DNA of 64,000 nt from an uncultured Collinsella sp. (GCA_958348225.1 CATVYG010000007.1:3857-67856); one strand, 5' to 3'; positions 1-9,882 are shown, counted from the stretch's first letter. Made by a program: numbers and translations. Notes: generated by a model from the sequence alone, not told the origin.

Positions 1-40
1 CTGGTAGCGCCCGGCTCACCACGTCAACAGCCTCAACAGC

Positions 41-78
41 AAAGCCGCCACAAGGAGCACTCCCCTTACGGCGGCTTT
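41..78. terminator. Probable bidirectional intrinsic terminator
   Basis: AAAGCCGCC...GGCGGCTTT inverted repeat downstream of the small minus-strand ORF. Confidence 0.6.
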
Positions 79-115
79 CATCTTCATCTATAACCAGTAG
101 TCGATGTCCCGACGG

Positions 116-322
116 TTAGAGCTGCGACTCCGACGCCTGGTCCTCATCGTCGCGACAAAGGACTACACCCGCACTTCCCAGCAGTGCGGCCGCGATCAAC
201 GCACTGACCACGATAGAGGCAGCCCCACAAGACCCCTGCATGCCCACAACGAGCGCGGCCGTAGGACCAAGGCAGCCAAGCACCAATGCGACGGCGGCAA
301 TAGCAATATCTCGAGCGTTCAC
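116..322 (-). CDS. Small hypothetical membrane protein (two hydrophobic segments)
   Basis: 68 aa, GTG start after GGAGGA RBS, hydrophobic body, acidic tail. Confidence 0.6.
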   Translation of the reverse strand: MNARDIAIAAVALVLGCLGPTAALVVGMQGSCGAASIVVSALIAAALLGSAGVVLCRDDEDQASESQL

Positions 323-437
323 AAGACCACTTCCTCCACGAGAAAGACCTTATTTCTCATGAACTAGTGTGCCCCGCGCCCATATGCGCGGCGTACTGCC
401 ACGGTAAGCGCTCTGTTAACTCAAACGCATACATAGA

Positions 438-481
438 ACGGGCGTCCTTACGTTGCCCTAAAGCTCGGTAAAGACGCCCGT
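438..481 (-). terminator. Terminator-like hairpin
   Basis: ACGGGCGTC...GACGCCCGT inverted repeat just after the stop at 509. Confidence 0.5.
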
Positions 482-508
482 CCGTCAAATATCCGTGATG
501 CAGAAAAA

Positions 509-1285
509 TTACCAGCCAGTGTAGTAATCGGTGGTTCCGGCAGCGCAGCCGGAGTCATAGACCTTGCACTCGCCCTTGGACCCGGTAAACGTGGAGCCCT
601 GGGCCTTATCGCCCGCGGCAACGACGTAGTAGCCATCGGAATCGCGCCAAAAGCCCTCGGCGTCCTGCGTCCATTCGCCCGTGCGGTGGTGATACAACAC
701 GTTGCTGCTGTAATAAGTCTCGCGGCGGCCGTTATAGTTATTGACGCCGCTCGAGCGCGTCAGGCCCGAGCCGTTCGCGTAATACGCAGCAGACGCGTAA
801 GACGAGCCGGAGCCGGCGTTGTAATACGAAGCCTGAACGGCCTCAGCGGCCTCGGCTTCGGCTGCGGCAGCCTCGAGCGCCTCGCGCTTGGCATCCTCTA
901 GCGTAGAGCGAAGCTCGTCGAGCTCGGTCGACTTGGCGTCGACCTCCCCCATCGTCAACAGGCTACTCGCGCCGTCGATGCAGCCCTGCAACACAGCGCG
1001 CTCGTCATCGGTAGCATAGTCGCCATACATATTCATAATGATCTGAGCGCGCATCTCCAGGGAATCGCGCTTCGCCCCCATCGAGGCGTTCCACTCCTGC
1101 ATAGAGCCGTAACCGTCACCGCGGTAGTCGACGGGCTGCACCAGCGTCGCCTCGGACGGCGTAGATCCGACCGTATCGGATAGTGTTGCCGCGTGGGCAT
1201 CAGTTGCGCCGACGCCCGCCAAAAGTGCCACGGTCAGAGCGGCGGAAAGGGCGGCGGCTTTCGGTTTTCGTGAATCGATCCTCAT
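509..1285 (-). CDS. Secreted coiled-coil protein with C-terminal 3D-like domain (putative peptidoglycan remodelling)
   Basis: ATG 1285 after GGAGG; signal peptide ending AHA; Ala/Glu-rich helical region; C-terminal YYVVAA...KVYDSGC...GTTDYY resembles 3D-domain Asp motifs. Confidence 0.65.
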   Translation of the reverse strand: MRIDSRKPKAAALSAALTVALLAGVGATDAHAATLSDTVGSTPSEATLVQPVDYRGDGYGSMQEWNASMGAKRDSLEMRAQIIMNMYGDYATDDERAVLQGCIDGASSLLTMGEVDAKSTELDELRSTLEDAKREALEAAAAEAEAAEAVQASYYNAGSGSSYASAAYYANGSGLTRSSGVNNYNGRRETYYSSNVLYHHRTGEWTQDAEGFWRDSDGYYVVAAGDKAQGSTFTGSKGECKVYDSGCAAGTTDYYTGW

Positions 1286-1496
1286 GTAGCTGGAAACCTC
1301 CGTAGTGTGTTTTTGCTGCGTTTGGGCTGCGTGTGATTCGATCGCGCTGCATAGTACCCCGAGCAAATCGCGACCTGCGGTTTTACTCAAAAGGCGCACG
1401 TCAATTGCGTAAAACTCACATCCTCTCAACAGGAGTTTTCCACAACTCAAATGCATAAATCGTATCAAAAACCCTGTTTTTGCACCCTCTCTATGC

Positions 1497-1537
1497 AAAA
1501 AAGGCGCCTGTGCAACCATTGTTCGCACAGGCGCCTT
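1497..1537 (-). terminator. Intrinsic terminator of metY
   Basis: 13-bp perfect stem AAGGCGCCTGTGC/GCACAGGCGCCTT with minus-strand U tract. Confidence 0.8.
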
Positions 1538-1597
1538 GAGCAGGCATTTTATGCAGTTATACCTATCGAGTCGCAAGGGGTCCTTGCACAAGTCGCC

Positions 1598-2908
1598 TTA
1601 CTCGTCCAGCGCGGCGAAGGCCTGCTTCAGATCCCAAATGATATCCTCGGCGTTCTCGGTACCGATGGAAAGACGGATCGTGGAGGGCGTGATGTTCTGC
1701 TCGGCGAGCTCCTCGGCAGAGAGCTGGGAGTGCGTGGTGGTAGCCGGGTGCACGACGAGCGACTTGACGTCGGCCACGTTGGCGAGCAGCGAGAACACCT
1801 GCAGATGATCGATGAACTTCCAAGCTGCCTCCTGGCCACCCTTAATCTCAAAGGTAAAGATCGAGGCACCGCCACGGGGGAAGTACTTCTGATAGAGCTC
1901 GTGATCGGGGTGCTCAGGCAGGCTCGGGTGGTTCACCTTGGCGACGTGGCTGTCACCGGTCAGGAACTCAACGACCTTCTTGGTGTTCTCGACATGACGG
2001 TCAACGCGCAGCGACAGAGTCTCGGTGCCCTGGAGCAGGACCCAGGCGTTGAACGGGCTGATGCAGGCGCCCTCGTCACGCAGCAGGATAGCGCGGACAT
2101 AGGTTGCGAAGGCAGCGGGACCGGCAGCCTCGGCAAACGAAACACCGTGGTAGGAGGGGTTGGGCTCAGCGATCTGGGCGTACTTTCCGCTCGCCTTCCA
2201 ATCGAAGTTACCGCCGTCGACGATCACACCGCCCAGCGAGGTGCCGTGGCCGCCGATGAACTTGGTTGCAGAGTGGACGACGATGTTGGCACCATGCTCC
2301 AGCGGACGGAACAGATACGGGGTGCCGAAGGTGTTGTCGACAACAACCGGCAGACCGTGCTTCTTGGCGACCTCGGAGGTGGCGTCAATGTTGGGGATGT
2401 CGGAGTTGGGGTTGCCGAGCGTCTCAAGGTAAATGACCGTGGTGTTGTCCTTGATGGCACCCTCGACCTCTTCCAGGTTATGGGCATCGACAAACGTGGT
2501 CTCGACACCAAACTGGGAGAGCGTATGCTCCAGCAGGTTGTAGGAACCACCGTAGATGGTCTTCTGAGCCACCACGTGGTCACCGGCCTGGGCAAGAGCC
2601 TGCAGGGTATAGGTGATAGCAGCAGCACCGGAGGCGACGGCAAGACCTGCCACGCCACCCTCGAGGGCGGCGATACGGTCCTCGAAGACGCCCTGGGTGG
2701 AGTTGGTCAGACGGCCGTAGATGTTACCGGCGTCGGCAAGACCAAAGCGGTCGGCGGCGTGTTGGGAGTTGCGGAACACATAGCTCGTGGTCTGGTAGAT
2801 AGGCACGGCACGGGAGTCGGATGCAGGATCGGCGCTCTCCTGACCAACGTGCAGCTGCAGGGTATCGAAACCAAAGGTGTGCTCGGGGTTGTTGATGAAC
2901 TGGCTCAT
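1598..2908 (-). CDS. metY: O-acetylhomoserine aminocarboxypropyltransferase (sulfhydrylase)
   Basis: PIYQTTSY, IYGRLTN, PLP lysine HSATKFIGGHG, LANVAD, IRLSIGTE; AAGGAG RBS before ATG 2908. Confidence 0.92.
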   Translation of the reverse strand: MSQFINNPEHTFGFDTLQLHVGQESADPASDSRAVPIYQTTSYVFRNSQHAADRFGLADAGNIYGRLTNSTQGVFEDRIAALEGGVAGLAVASGAAAITYTLQALAQAGDHVVAQKTIYGGSYNLLEHTLSQFGVETTFVDAHNLEEVEGAIKDNTTVIYLETLGNPNSDIPNIDATSEVAKKHGLPVVVDNTFGTPYLFRPLEHGANIVVHSATKFIGGHGTSLGGVIVDGGNFDWKASGKYAQIAEPNPSYHGVSFAEAAGPAAFATYVRAILLRDEGACISPFNAWVLLQGTETLSLRVDRHVENTKKVVEFLTGDSHVAKVNHPSLPEHPDHELYQKYFPRGGASIFTFEIKGGQEAAWKFIDHLQVFSLLANVADVKSLVVHPATTTHSQLSAEELAEQNITPSTIRLSIGTENAEDIIWDLKQAFAALDE

Positions 2909-3142
2909 GATGATCTCCTTGATCAAATAAAAGTAAATAAATAAGAGAGAAGTAAGTCGCTGTCTCCTGATCACGCCGACGGGCGCAAACAGGAGCCCGG
3001 CATTCGTCTTGGTAAGCAATTCATATGCGGGCTCCTTTCGCATCCCGGTTCCGTGGTTGGCTTAATTACCTACCGCCTTTGTGTGTTTTGAATAGTACGG
3101 ACATTGTTTCCCTCGGTCAATCACTTAAAAGCGCTAACCTGT

Positions 3143-3159
3143 TATCGGTTTTATAGATA
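3143..3159. promoter_or_regulatory. Candidate LysR (MtaR/CmbR-like) binding site
   Basis: TATCGGTTTTATAGATA: 17-bp imperfect palindrome with T-N11-A core between divergent metY and LysR genes. Confidence 0.5.
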
Positions 3160-3181
3160 GCTATCGAAAGGACGGGCGCCG

Positions 3182-4084
3182 ATGACCCTCCAGCAGCTTC
3201 GCTTTTTGATCGCCGTGGCAGAGTCCGGCTCAATCAACGCCGCAGCTCAGCGCCTCTATACCGCTCAGTCCAACATCTCAAACGCCGTCAAAAGCCTGGA
3301 ACAGGAACTTCATATCGAAATCTTTACGCGCTCTTGCCGCGGTGTTGCACTCACCAACGACGGCACCGAGCTTTTGGGTTATGCACGCCAGGTCGTAGAG
3401 CAGGCCGATATGCTCGAGGCGCGCTACGAGGACGGCGGCACCCCGCAAGCCCGCCTTGCTATCTCGGCCCAACACTACGCCTTTTCGGTCGAGGCCTTTG
3501 TCAACGTGGTCGAGCGCTGCCGCGACAGCAAGTTCGAGTTCATCATGCGCGAGACCACCACAGCGCAGATCATCGACGACGTGCGCGCGTTTCGCAGCGA
3601 CATCGGCATCCTCTATCTGGACGACTTTAATACCCGTGTCTTGCAGAAGGCCTTTACCGATGCCCGAGCGAGCTTTCATCCCCTCTTTGATGCGAAAGTC
3701 CACGTGTTCGTTAGCGAGCGTCACCCGCTCGCACGCCGCCCTCAGCTGTCCCTTGCCGACCTCACGCCCTATACGCGCTACAGCTTTGAGCAGGGAACCT
3801 CGAACTCCTTCTATTACGCCGAGGAACCTTTTAGCTATATCCCTTGCGACCGCAACATACGAATCTCGGACCGTGGAACACTTACCAACTTACTTATCAC
3901 GTCGAACGGTTACACCCTGTCGACCGGTGTCCTCTCCAATGAAATGCAATGGGGTATGGCATCGATCCCGTTAGCAGACGCCCCAACGATGCACGTAGGC
4001 TATATCATGCACGACGAGCGCAAGCCCTCTCCCCTCTTGCAGCAATACCTCGACGAACTTAACCGCATCATCCATGCCAACTAA
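3182..4084 (+). CDS. LysR family regulator, likely of sulfur amino acid metabolism
   Basis: MTLQQLRFL...SINAAAQRLYTAQSNIS helix-turn-helix, ~300 aa, divergent from metY. Confidence 0.92.
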   Translation: MTLQQLRFLIAVAESGSINAAAQRLYTAQSNISNAVKSLEQELHIEIFTRSCRGVALTNDGTELLGYARQVVEQADMLEARYEDGGTPQARLAISAQHYAFSVEAFVNVVERCRDSKFEFIMRETTTAQIIDDVRAFRSDIGILYLDDFNTRVLQKAFTDARASFHPLFDAKVHVFVSERHPLARRPQLSLADLTPYTRYSFEQGTSNSFYYAEEPFSYIPCDRNIRISDRGTLTNLLITSNGYTLSTGVLSNEMQWGMASIPLADAPTMHVGYIMHDERKPSPLLQQYLDELNRIIHAN

Positions 4085-4183
4085 CTGTCAGAAGACGGGG
4101 TAGAAATCGTAGATTGCTAGCCCCCGGCGGGCATGGCGCTACAATGGTCACTCACACGAAACGTACCCAATGAAAGGAAGCCC

Positions 4184-4669
4184 GTGAAGGTCATCATCTA
4201 TACCGACGGCTCGGCCCGATCAAATCCGGGACGCGGCGGCTACGGCGCCGTGCTCAAATACACCAACCCCGCCGGCAAGACCTTCACCTCCGAGCTTTCG
4301 CGCGGTTACGCCAAGACCACCAACAACCGCATGGAGCTCATGGCGGTCATCGTGGCGCTCGAGGCACTCAACCGCCCCTGCGACGTCGAAGTCCATTCCG
4401 ATTCGCAGTACGTCGTCAACGCCTTCAACAAGCACTGGATTGACGGATGGAAAAAACGCGGATGGAAAACCGCCAACAAGCAGCCCGTCAAGAACCGCGA
4501 CCTGTGGGAGCGCCTGCTCGCCGCCAAGAGCAAGCACAAGGTTGAGTTCATCTGGGTTAAGGGTCACGCCGGTCACGAGCTCAACGAGCGCTGCGATGAG
4601 CTCGCCACCACGGCGGCCGACGGCAGCAACCTCGATATCGACACCGGCTTCAACGAGAGCGACCTGTAA
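4184..4669 (+). CDS. rnhA: Ribonuclease HI
   Basis: [43 protein letters not shown] 4184 after GAAAGGAAG. Confidence 0.95.
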   Translation: MKVIIYTDGSARSNPGRGGYGAVLKYTNPAGKTFTSELSRGYAKTTNNRMELMAVIVALEALNRPCDVEVHSDSQYVVNAFNKHWIDGWKKRGWKTANKQPVKNRDLWERLLAAKSKHKVEFIWVKGHAGHELNERCDELATTAADGSNLDIDTGFNESDL

Positions 4670-4742
4670 TAGCGTTTTCGCGCAGCTTTATATCCCCACG
4701 CGCTACACTCATCCTGTAGACCAAACAACGCAAGGGGGACGT

Positions 4743-5849
4743 ATGCTGCGCATCGCGACCATCGGCACATCCATGATTACCGACGACTTTATCCAGGTCG
4801 TCAACGCCAACGACCAAGCCGCGTTTGTGGGCACGCTCTCGCGCAATGCAGATCGCGGTGCTGCCTTTACCGCCGAGCGCGGCGGCGAGCGTAACTTCAC
4901 CGCACTTGACGAGCTTGCGTCCGCCGACGACGTCGACGCCGTCTACATCGGCAGCCCCAATGCGCTCCACTACGAGCAGGCGCTCGCCTGTATCGCCGGC
5001 GGCAAGCACGTCATCGTCGAGAAGCCCTTCTGCGCAACCGAAGCGCAGGCGCTGGAAGTCTTCCGCGCTGCCGAGGCAGCAGGTGTCGTAGCCCTCGAGG
5101 CCATGCGCCCCCTCCACGATCCCGCCTTCCACGCCATCGAGGACGCCCTGGGCGAGATCGTCCCCATCCGCCGCGCCTCATTGCGCTTTGGCAAATATTC
5201 CTCGCGCTACAACGAGATTCTCGCGGGACGCGCCACCAATATCTTCGACTGCAACATGGCATCGGGTTCCCTCATGGATATTGGCGTCTACACCGTCGAG
5301 CCCATGGTCGAGATTTTCGGCATGCCCTCCGGCCTTACGAGCATGACTACTCTGCTCGACCCCACCACGCGACAGCTCACGCACGGCCCCATCGACGGCT
5401 GCGGTTCCATCCTCGCCAGCTACGGCGGTGGCCGTATCTCCGTCGAGCTCGCGCACTCCAAAATTACGAATGACCTGCTGCCCTCGCAGATCGAAGGCGA
5501 GCGTGGCACTATCCAGATCGACCATCTGTCCACGCCCCGCAACGTCCGCATCGACTATCGCGGCGATGTCGTACGCGGCTCGGCGACCGAGGCACCACGC
5601 GAACAGGGCGACAACAGCCTCGTGCTCGACCTACCCAAATCGAGCAACACTATGGAATACGAACTCACAGACTTTATCACCGCCATCGGCGGCATCGATA
5701 ACGTTAAGGAAGAGATTTGGGAGACCCCGGCGGGACGCCACGAGCTTGGCCACTACCGCGATGTCACGCTCGTGTCGCTGCGTATCATGGATGCCGTGCG
5801 ACAGCAGGCGGGTATCGCCTTCCCCGCTGACTCTAACAAGCAGGCATAG
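4743..5849 (+). CDS. Gfo/Idh/MocA family oxidoreductase
   Basis: IATIGT..I, DAVYIGSPNALH, GKHVIVEKP, GSLMDIGVY. Confidence 0.88.
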   Translation: MLRIATIGTSMITDDFIQVVNANDQAAFVGTLSRNADRGAAFTAERGGERNFTALDELASADDVDAVYIGSPNALHYEQALACIAGGKHVIVEKPFCATEAQALEVFRAAEAAGVVALEAMRPLHDPAFHAIEDALGEIVPIRRASLRFGKYSSRYNEILAGRATNIFDCNMASGSLMDIGVYTVEPMVEIFGMPSGLTSMTTLLDPTTRQLTHGPIDGCGSILASYGGGRISVELAHSKITNDLLPSQIEGERGTIQIDHLSTPRNVRIDYRGDVVRGSATEAPREQGDNSLVLDLPKSSNTMEYELTDFITAIGGIDNVKEEIWETPAGRHELGHYRDVTLVSLRIMDAVRQQAGIAFPADSNKQA

Positions 5850-5851
5850 CG

Positions 5852-6262
5852 ATGGGTTTTTTCGACAAGCTTTTCTCGGGCGTCACCGGCGGCAGCCGCG
5901 AACCCCAAAAGCCCTCTGGCGTCGAGCTTGAGCTGCGCCGTAGGCTCACCGTGCTCGCAAGCGACGAGGCCACTCAAGACGCCCCGCAGCGCTATTTCCT
6001 GCGGTGGGAGGGGCAGGTCCAGGGCGTCGGTTTCCGCTTCACCAACACCAACCTCGCACAGGCGCGCTCCCTCACCGGCTGGGTGCGTAACATGGAAGAC
6101 GGCTCAGTCGAGATGGAGATACAGGGAGCTCCGGCAAACATCCTATCTCATCTCGAGACGCTTCATGCCTCCTACGAGCGCATGGGAACGCGTTTTCGCC
6201 TCGTAGACGCCCAGGCCCGAGCCCCACTTGCCAATGAAGACGGTTTCACTCCTCATTATTAG
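5852..6262 (+). CDS. Acylphosphatase with N-terminal extension
   Basis: GQVQGVGFR and LTGWVRN.DGSVE motifs. Confidence 0.85.
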   Translation: MGFFDKLFSGVTGGSREPQKPSGVELELRRRLTVLASDEATQDAPQRYFLRWEGQVQGVGFRFTNTNLAQARSLTGWVRNMEDGSVEMEIQGAPANILSHLETLHASYERMGTRFRLVDAQARAPLANEDGFTPHY

Positions 6263-6323
6263 TATTGTGTGCTAAATACGGTATCATTTACCTACGACCG
6301 TTGATAGAAAAGAGGCGAGGCGC

Positions 6324-6704
6324 ATGGCGGTGCAAAGAAGGAATACCAAGCAGCGAAAGCTGGTTCTTGACGCCGTACGCCAAAGCTATAACCATCCCAC
6401 CGCCGACGAAATCTACAACGTCGTGCGCGCGCAGGATGACAAAATCAGCCGCGGTACGGTCTACCGCAATCTCAATCTCTTGGCCGACGCCGGCGAGATC
6501 CTCTCCATCAAGACACCGGGCGGCAGTCGCTTCGATCGCACCATCGAGCCGCACGCGCATATCATCTGCACCTCGTGCAGCCGCGTCATCGACGTACCGC
6601 TCCCCTTCGATGCCCAGCTCGACGCCAAAGCGTCCGAGCAAATCGGCTGGCACGTCACGTCGCACTACACCATCTTCGAGGGTCTCTGCCCCGACTGCCG
6701 ATAG
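6324..6704 (+). CDS. Fur family (PerR-like) regulator
   Basis: HPTADEIY, ISRGTVYRNL, PHAHIICTSC, GLCPDC. Confidence 0.9.
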   Translation: MAVQRRNTKQRKLVLDAVRQSYNHPTADEIYNVVRAQDDKISRGTVYRNLNLLADAGEILSIKTPGGSRFDRTIEPHAHIICTSCSRVIDVPLPFDAQLDAKASEQIGWHVTSHYTIFEGLCPDCR

Positions 6705-6781
6705 ATGTTTGGGACATGCCTTAAAATCCACCTTTCCGCACTCTGCAGCAAAAAGTAGATTTCTAGACATGTCCCAAATGT

Positions 6782-7579
6782 CTACTCAGCAAGTAGACGA
6801 CGCAGCTCTTCTTCGACCGTGCGCACGTAGCGGACGCGGTCGTTGATGCCACGCATAGAGGGATTGCAGCTCTCCATCAGATAGGGATGGCCCACGACGT
6901 TAAGCATGTCGCGATCGTTCTCATTGTCGCCAAACGCCATCATCTCATCGGGCGAAATACCCAGGGCACGACCGTAATCGGCAAGCGCGGAGCCCTTGCC
7001 CGAACCGAAACCGATAAAGTCCGTCCATTCGGTTCCCGACGTCATCACGTCGACACGGTCGCTGAAGAGGCGCTCAAAATGCTCCAGCGCCGCCGGCTGA
7101 TCAACCTCGGGCGTCTGGAAGGCAATCTTAATGACGTCCTCGTCGATGTCCTCGGGACGGTCGACCACCGCCACATCGCAGTGGACCTCATAGCGCAAAT
7201 GGTCGACGAACGCATCATTGCCGCTCATGGTGTAGAGGTGCCCCTCGCACGAAAGGGTCACGTCGGCATGGGGATACGCAACCACGGCATTCGCGATATC
7301 CATAGCAAGGCTGCGCTCCATGGAACGCTTGACAACGGCACGTCCCTCGCTCATCACCAGGGCTCCGTTTTCGCATACATATGCGAGCTCATCGGCCACC
7401 GGGGCAAACAGGTGGCGCAAGCTCGCATATTGACGGCCGCTCGCCGGCATAAACACGATACCGCGACGATGCAGCTCGTCGATAAGCTCAAAGGCCTCGG
7501 AACGCGGCTCGCGCTCCCCCGGATGCAGCAAAGTGCCGTCCAAATCGCATGCAATCAGCTTGATTCCCTCAAGACCCAT
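6782..7579 (-). CDS. Cof-type HAD-IIB hydrolase
   Basis: DLDGTLL, ASGR, ENGA, KG, FGDNENDRDML. Confidence 0.9.
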   Translation of the reverse strand: MGLEGIKLIACDLDGTLLHPGEREPRSEAFELIDELHRRGIVFMPASGRQYASLRHLFAPVADELAYVCENGALVMSEGRAVVKRSMERSLAMDIANAVVAYPHADVTLSCEGHLYTMSGNDAFVDHLRYEVHCDVAVVDRPEDIDEDVIKIAFQTPEVDQPAALEHFERLFSDRVDVMTSGTEWTDFIGFGSGKGSALADYGRALGISPDEMMAFGDNENDRDMLNVVGHPYLMESCNPSMRGINDRVRYVRTVEEELRRLLAE

Positions 7580-7663
7580 ATGCTTTCCCCCAAAGCACCT
7601 CATCAACAGCAAGACGGACTTTGATTGGTCGCCCCTCAAAGCCCGTCTTGCGCATACGTGCGC

Positions 7664-8242
7664 TTAGCCGCGCGTCTTTTTTACGATGGTAAAGTCGGGA
7701 GCCATGCTCACGACGACCTCCGCCGCACTCGACGCAAAGCGTCGGCTGGCATCGAGCTCGCGCGTGACCACCGAGAGCCGAACACCCTCGACACCCCGGA
7801 GCATGCGGCCCAAAACAGGCTGCACCGGCGTATACATGCGCACGATATGCTCGTCCGAGTCGCCCCGGAAGAGCGGCGCATGCATGTTGCCGATCTCCCA
7901 GCACGCATGCGCGAGTGCAATCGGATCCATGCGGTCGACTTCGACCAAATAAACCTCGGCGCTGCGCAGGCGCACAATAACCGCCACAGGCACCACGCCC
8001 GAACGGTCAATGGCGAGCACGTCGCCGTCGGCGAGACGTTCTCCGCCAGCGCCATCCAGCCGAACATCGACCGTGCGCCCTAGCTCCGTTACGCCCGCAA
8101 ATGTGCGGGCATCGGCCTGGTCCCAATCGAGCAGCAGCTCGTCAACCTCAAAGATGCCGCCCAGCTCCCGGCGAAGCAGGAGTTCATAGGACGGGTCGTT
8201 GAGATTTCCCAAGCATGTCGTCGAAACCAAGCGTTCAGGCAT
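7664..8242 (-). CDS. ureE: UreE-like nickel metallochaperone
   Basis: LADGDVL, LAHACWEIGNMHAPL (UreE GN.H motif); no urease genes in the window. Confidence 0.7.
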   Translation of the reverse strand: MPERLVSTTCLGNLNDPSYELLLRRELGGIFEVDELLLDWDQADARTFAGVTELGRTVDVRLDGAGGERLADGDVLAIDRSGVVPVAVIVRLRSAEVYLVEVDRMDPIALAHACWEIGNMHAPLFRGDSDEHIVRMYTPVQPVLGRMLRGVEGVRLSVVTRELDASRRFASSAAEVVVSMAPDFTIVKKTRG

Positions 8243-8245
8243 ACT

Positions 8246-8674
8246 CTAACCCTCGACCTCGACGAGCTCGATATCAAAGTTGAGGTCCTTGCCGGCAAGC
8301 TCGTGGTTGGCATCGAGCGTCACGGCCTCGGGCGTCACGTCGATGACCACGGCGGGGACGGGCATGCCGCTGGCCGTGGACAGGAAGAGCTTCATGCCCT
8401 TCTCGATCTGCTCGATGTTGGGAACCTGCTCGGCCGGGAAGGTAATAACCATCTCGGGATTGTGCTCGCCGTAGGCATCGGCAGCAGGAATGTGCACGGT
8501 CTTCTTCTCGCCCACCTGCATGTCGACAACAGCGGCGTCGAAGCCCTTGATCATCTGGCCGGCGCCGCAGGTGAACTCCAGCGGCTCGCCGCGATCGTAG
8601 GAGCTATCGAACTGCGTGCCGTCGTCGAGCGTGCCGCGATAATGAGTCTTGACCTTCTTGCCCTGGTTGGACAT
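8246..8674 (-). CDS. FKBP-type peptidyl-prolyl isomerase (SlyD/SlpA-like, no His-rich tail)
   Basis: HYRGTLDDGTQFDSS, PLEF..G.GQMIKGF, AYG, LDANHELAGKDLNFDIE. Confidence 0.9.
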   Translation of the reverse strand: MSNQGKKVKTHYRGTLDDGTQFDSSYDRGEPLEFTCGAGQMIKGFDAAVVDMQVGEKKTVHIPAADAYGEHNPEMVITFPAEQVPNIEQIEKGMKLFLSTASGMPVPAVVIDVTPEAVTLDANHELAGKDLNFDIELVEVEG

Positions 8675-8794
8675 GGTAACCTCCGTGATAAGGGCGGCGC
8701 ACAACGCGGGCCGCCGTGAACATATGGCGCTAACTATACCCTAGTCATACAATTCAAAGACAGTTTGCAAAGAAACGCTGCAACCGGAGGATCC

Positions 8795-9808
8795 ATGGCA
8801 TATCCCGTATTTGACTTACACTGCGACACCGCCGACCGCATCGGCTGGGCCACGCTCGATCTCGACCTGCGCTTTACCGCCGGCACCGACGGTTATTTCC
8901 CCGGCGACGAAACGCATCCGCAAGATTTCGACCTCATCGAGGGCAACGCCTGCGCCATCTCGCTCGCAAAGATCGACAACACGCCGTGGGCACAGTGCTT
9001 CGCCACGTTTGTCCCCGACGAGATTCCCACCGCCCACGCCGCGCGCTTCCAAGCACAGATCATGGCGCACATGAGCGGCCAGGCAATGCTCAACCACGAC
9101 CGCATGGTCAACGTACGCAGCGCCGCTGACATTCGCCCTGTGCTCAAAGACGGCAAGGTCGCCTGCATCCACACCATCGAAAACGCCACGTTCTTTGCCG
9201 AGGACCCCGCGCTGATCGAGGTGCTCAAGAGCCTGGGCGTACTCATGTCATCGCTCAGTTGGAACGCGCAGGGACCGCTCGCGAGCGGCCACGACACCCA
9301 CGCCGGCCTCACCGCCGCCGGCATCGAGGCACTTACGCAGATGGAGCACGCCGGCATGATACTCGACGTCTCCCACCTCAACGATGAGTGCTTTGACGAG
9401 GTTGTCGCCCACGCCACGCGCCCCTTCGTCGCCAGCCACTCCAACTCCCGTGCGGTTTGCGGCGTCAAGCGCAACCTCACCGACGACCAGTTCCGTACCA
9501 TTCGCGACATGGGCGGTATCGTCGGCCTCAACTACTGCAGCGAGTTCCTTTCCAACGACGCAACCGACAAGACCGCCGCAGACGTCACCTTCGACCAGCT
9601 GGCGGCACATATCGAGCACTGGCTCGACCTGGGCGGCGAGGACGTCATCGCGCTCGGCGGCGACTGGGACGGCGCCACTGTGCCCGCTTTCCTCTCCGAT
9701 GCCAGCATGATGCCCGAGTTCCAGAACATGCTCTCCAAGCACTTTGGCAAGACCGTGATGCAAAAACTCTGCAGCGACAACGCGCTTGCCTTCTTTGAGC
9801 GTTATTGA
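8795..9808 (+). CDS. Membrane dipeptidase (M19 family)
   Basis: DLHCDT, DVSHL, ASHSNSR, RNLTD, LGGDWDG; GGAGG RBS. Confidence 0.88.
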   Translation: MAYPVFDLHCDTADRIGWATLDLDLRFTAGTDGYFPGDETHPQDFDLIEGNACAISLAKIDNTPWAQCFATFVPDEIPTAHAARFQAQIMAHMSGQAMLNHDRMVNVRSAADIRPVLKDGKVACIHTIENATFFAEDPALIEVLKSLGVLMSSLSWNAQGPLASGHDTHAGLTAAGIEALTQMEHAGMILDVSHLNDECFDEVVAHATRPFVASHSNSRAVCGVKRNLTDDQFRTIRDMGGIVGLNYCSEFLSNDATDKTAADVTFDQLAAHIEHWLDLGGEDVIALGGDWDGATVPAFLSDASMMPEFQNMLSKHFGKTVMQKLCSDNALAFFERY

Positions 9809-9882
9809 TTTCACATCCCTTGAGCGGGCCGGCATGTCGAACGGTCGGTATGCCGGCCCGTCCCCAATCTGAAGGACCGCTT

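Noticed and set aside
1286..1440. c-di-AMP (ydaO) riboswitch upstream of the secreted protein
   Set aside because: No recognisable ydaO consensus segments.
9824..9861. GC-rich hairpin after the dipeptidase gene as a novel element
   Set aside because: Short single stem without shared motifs; best read as an ordinary terminator or stability hairpin.
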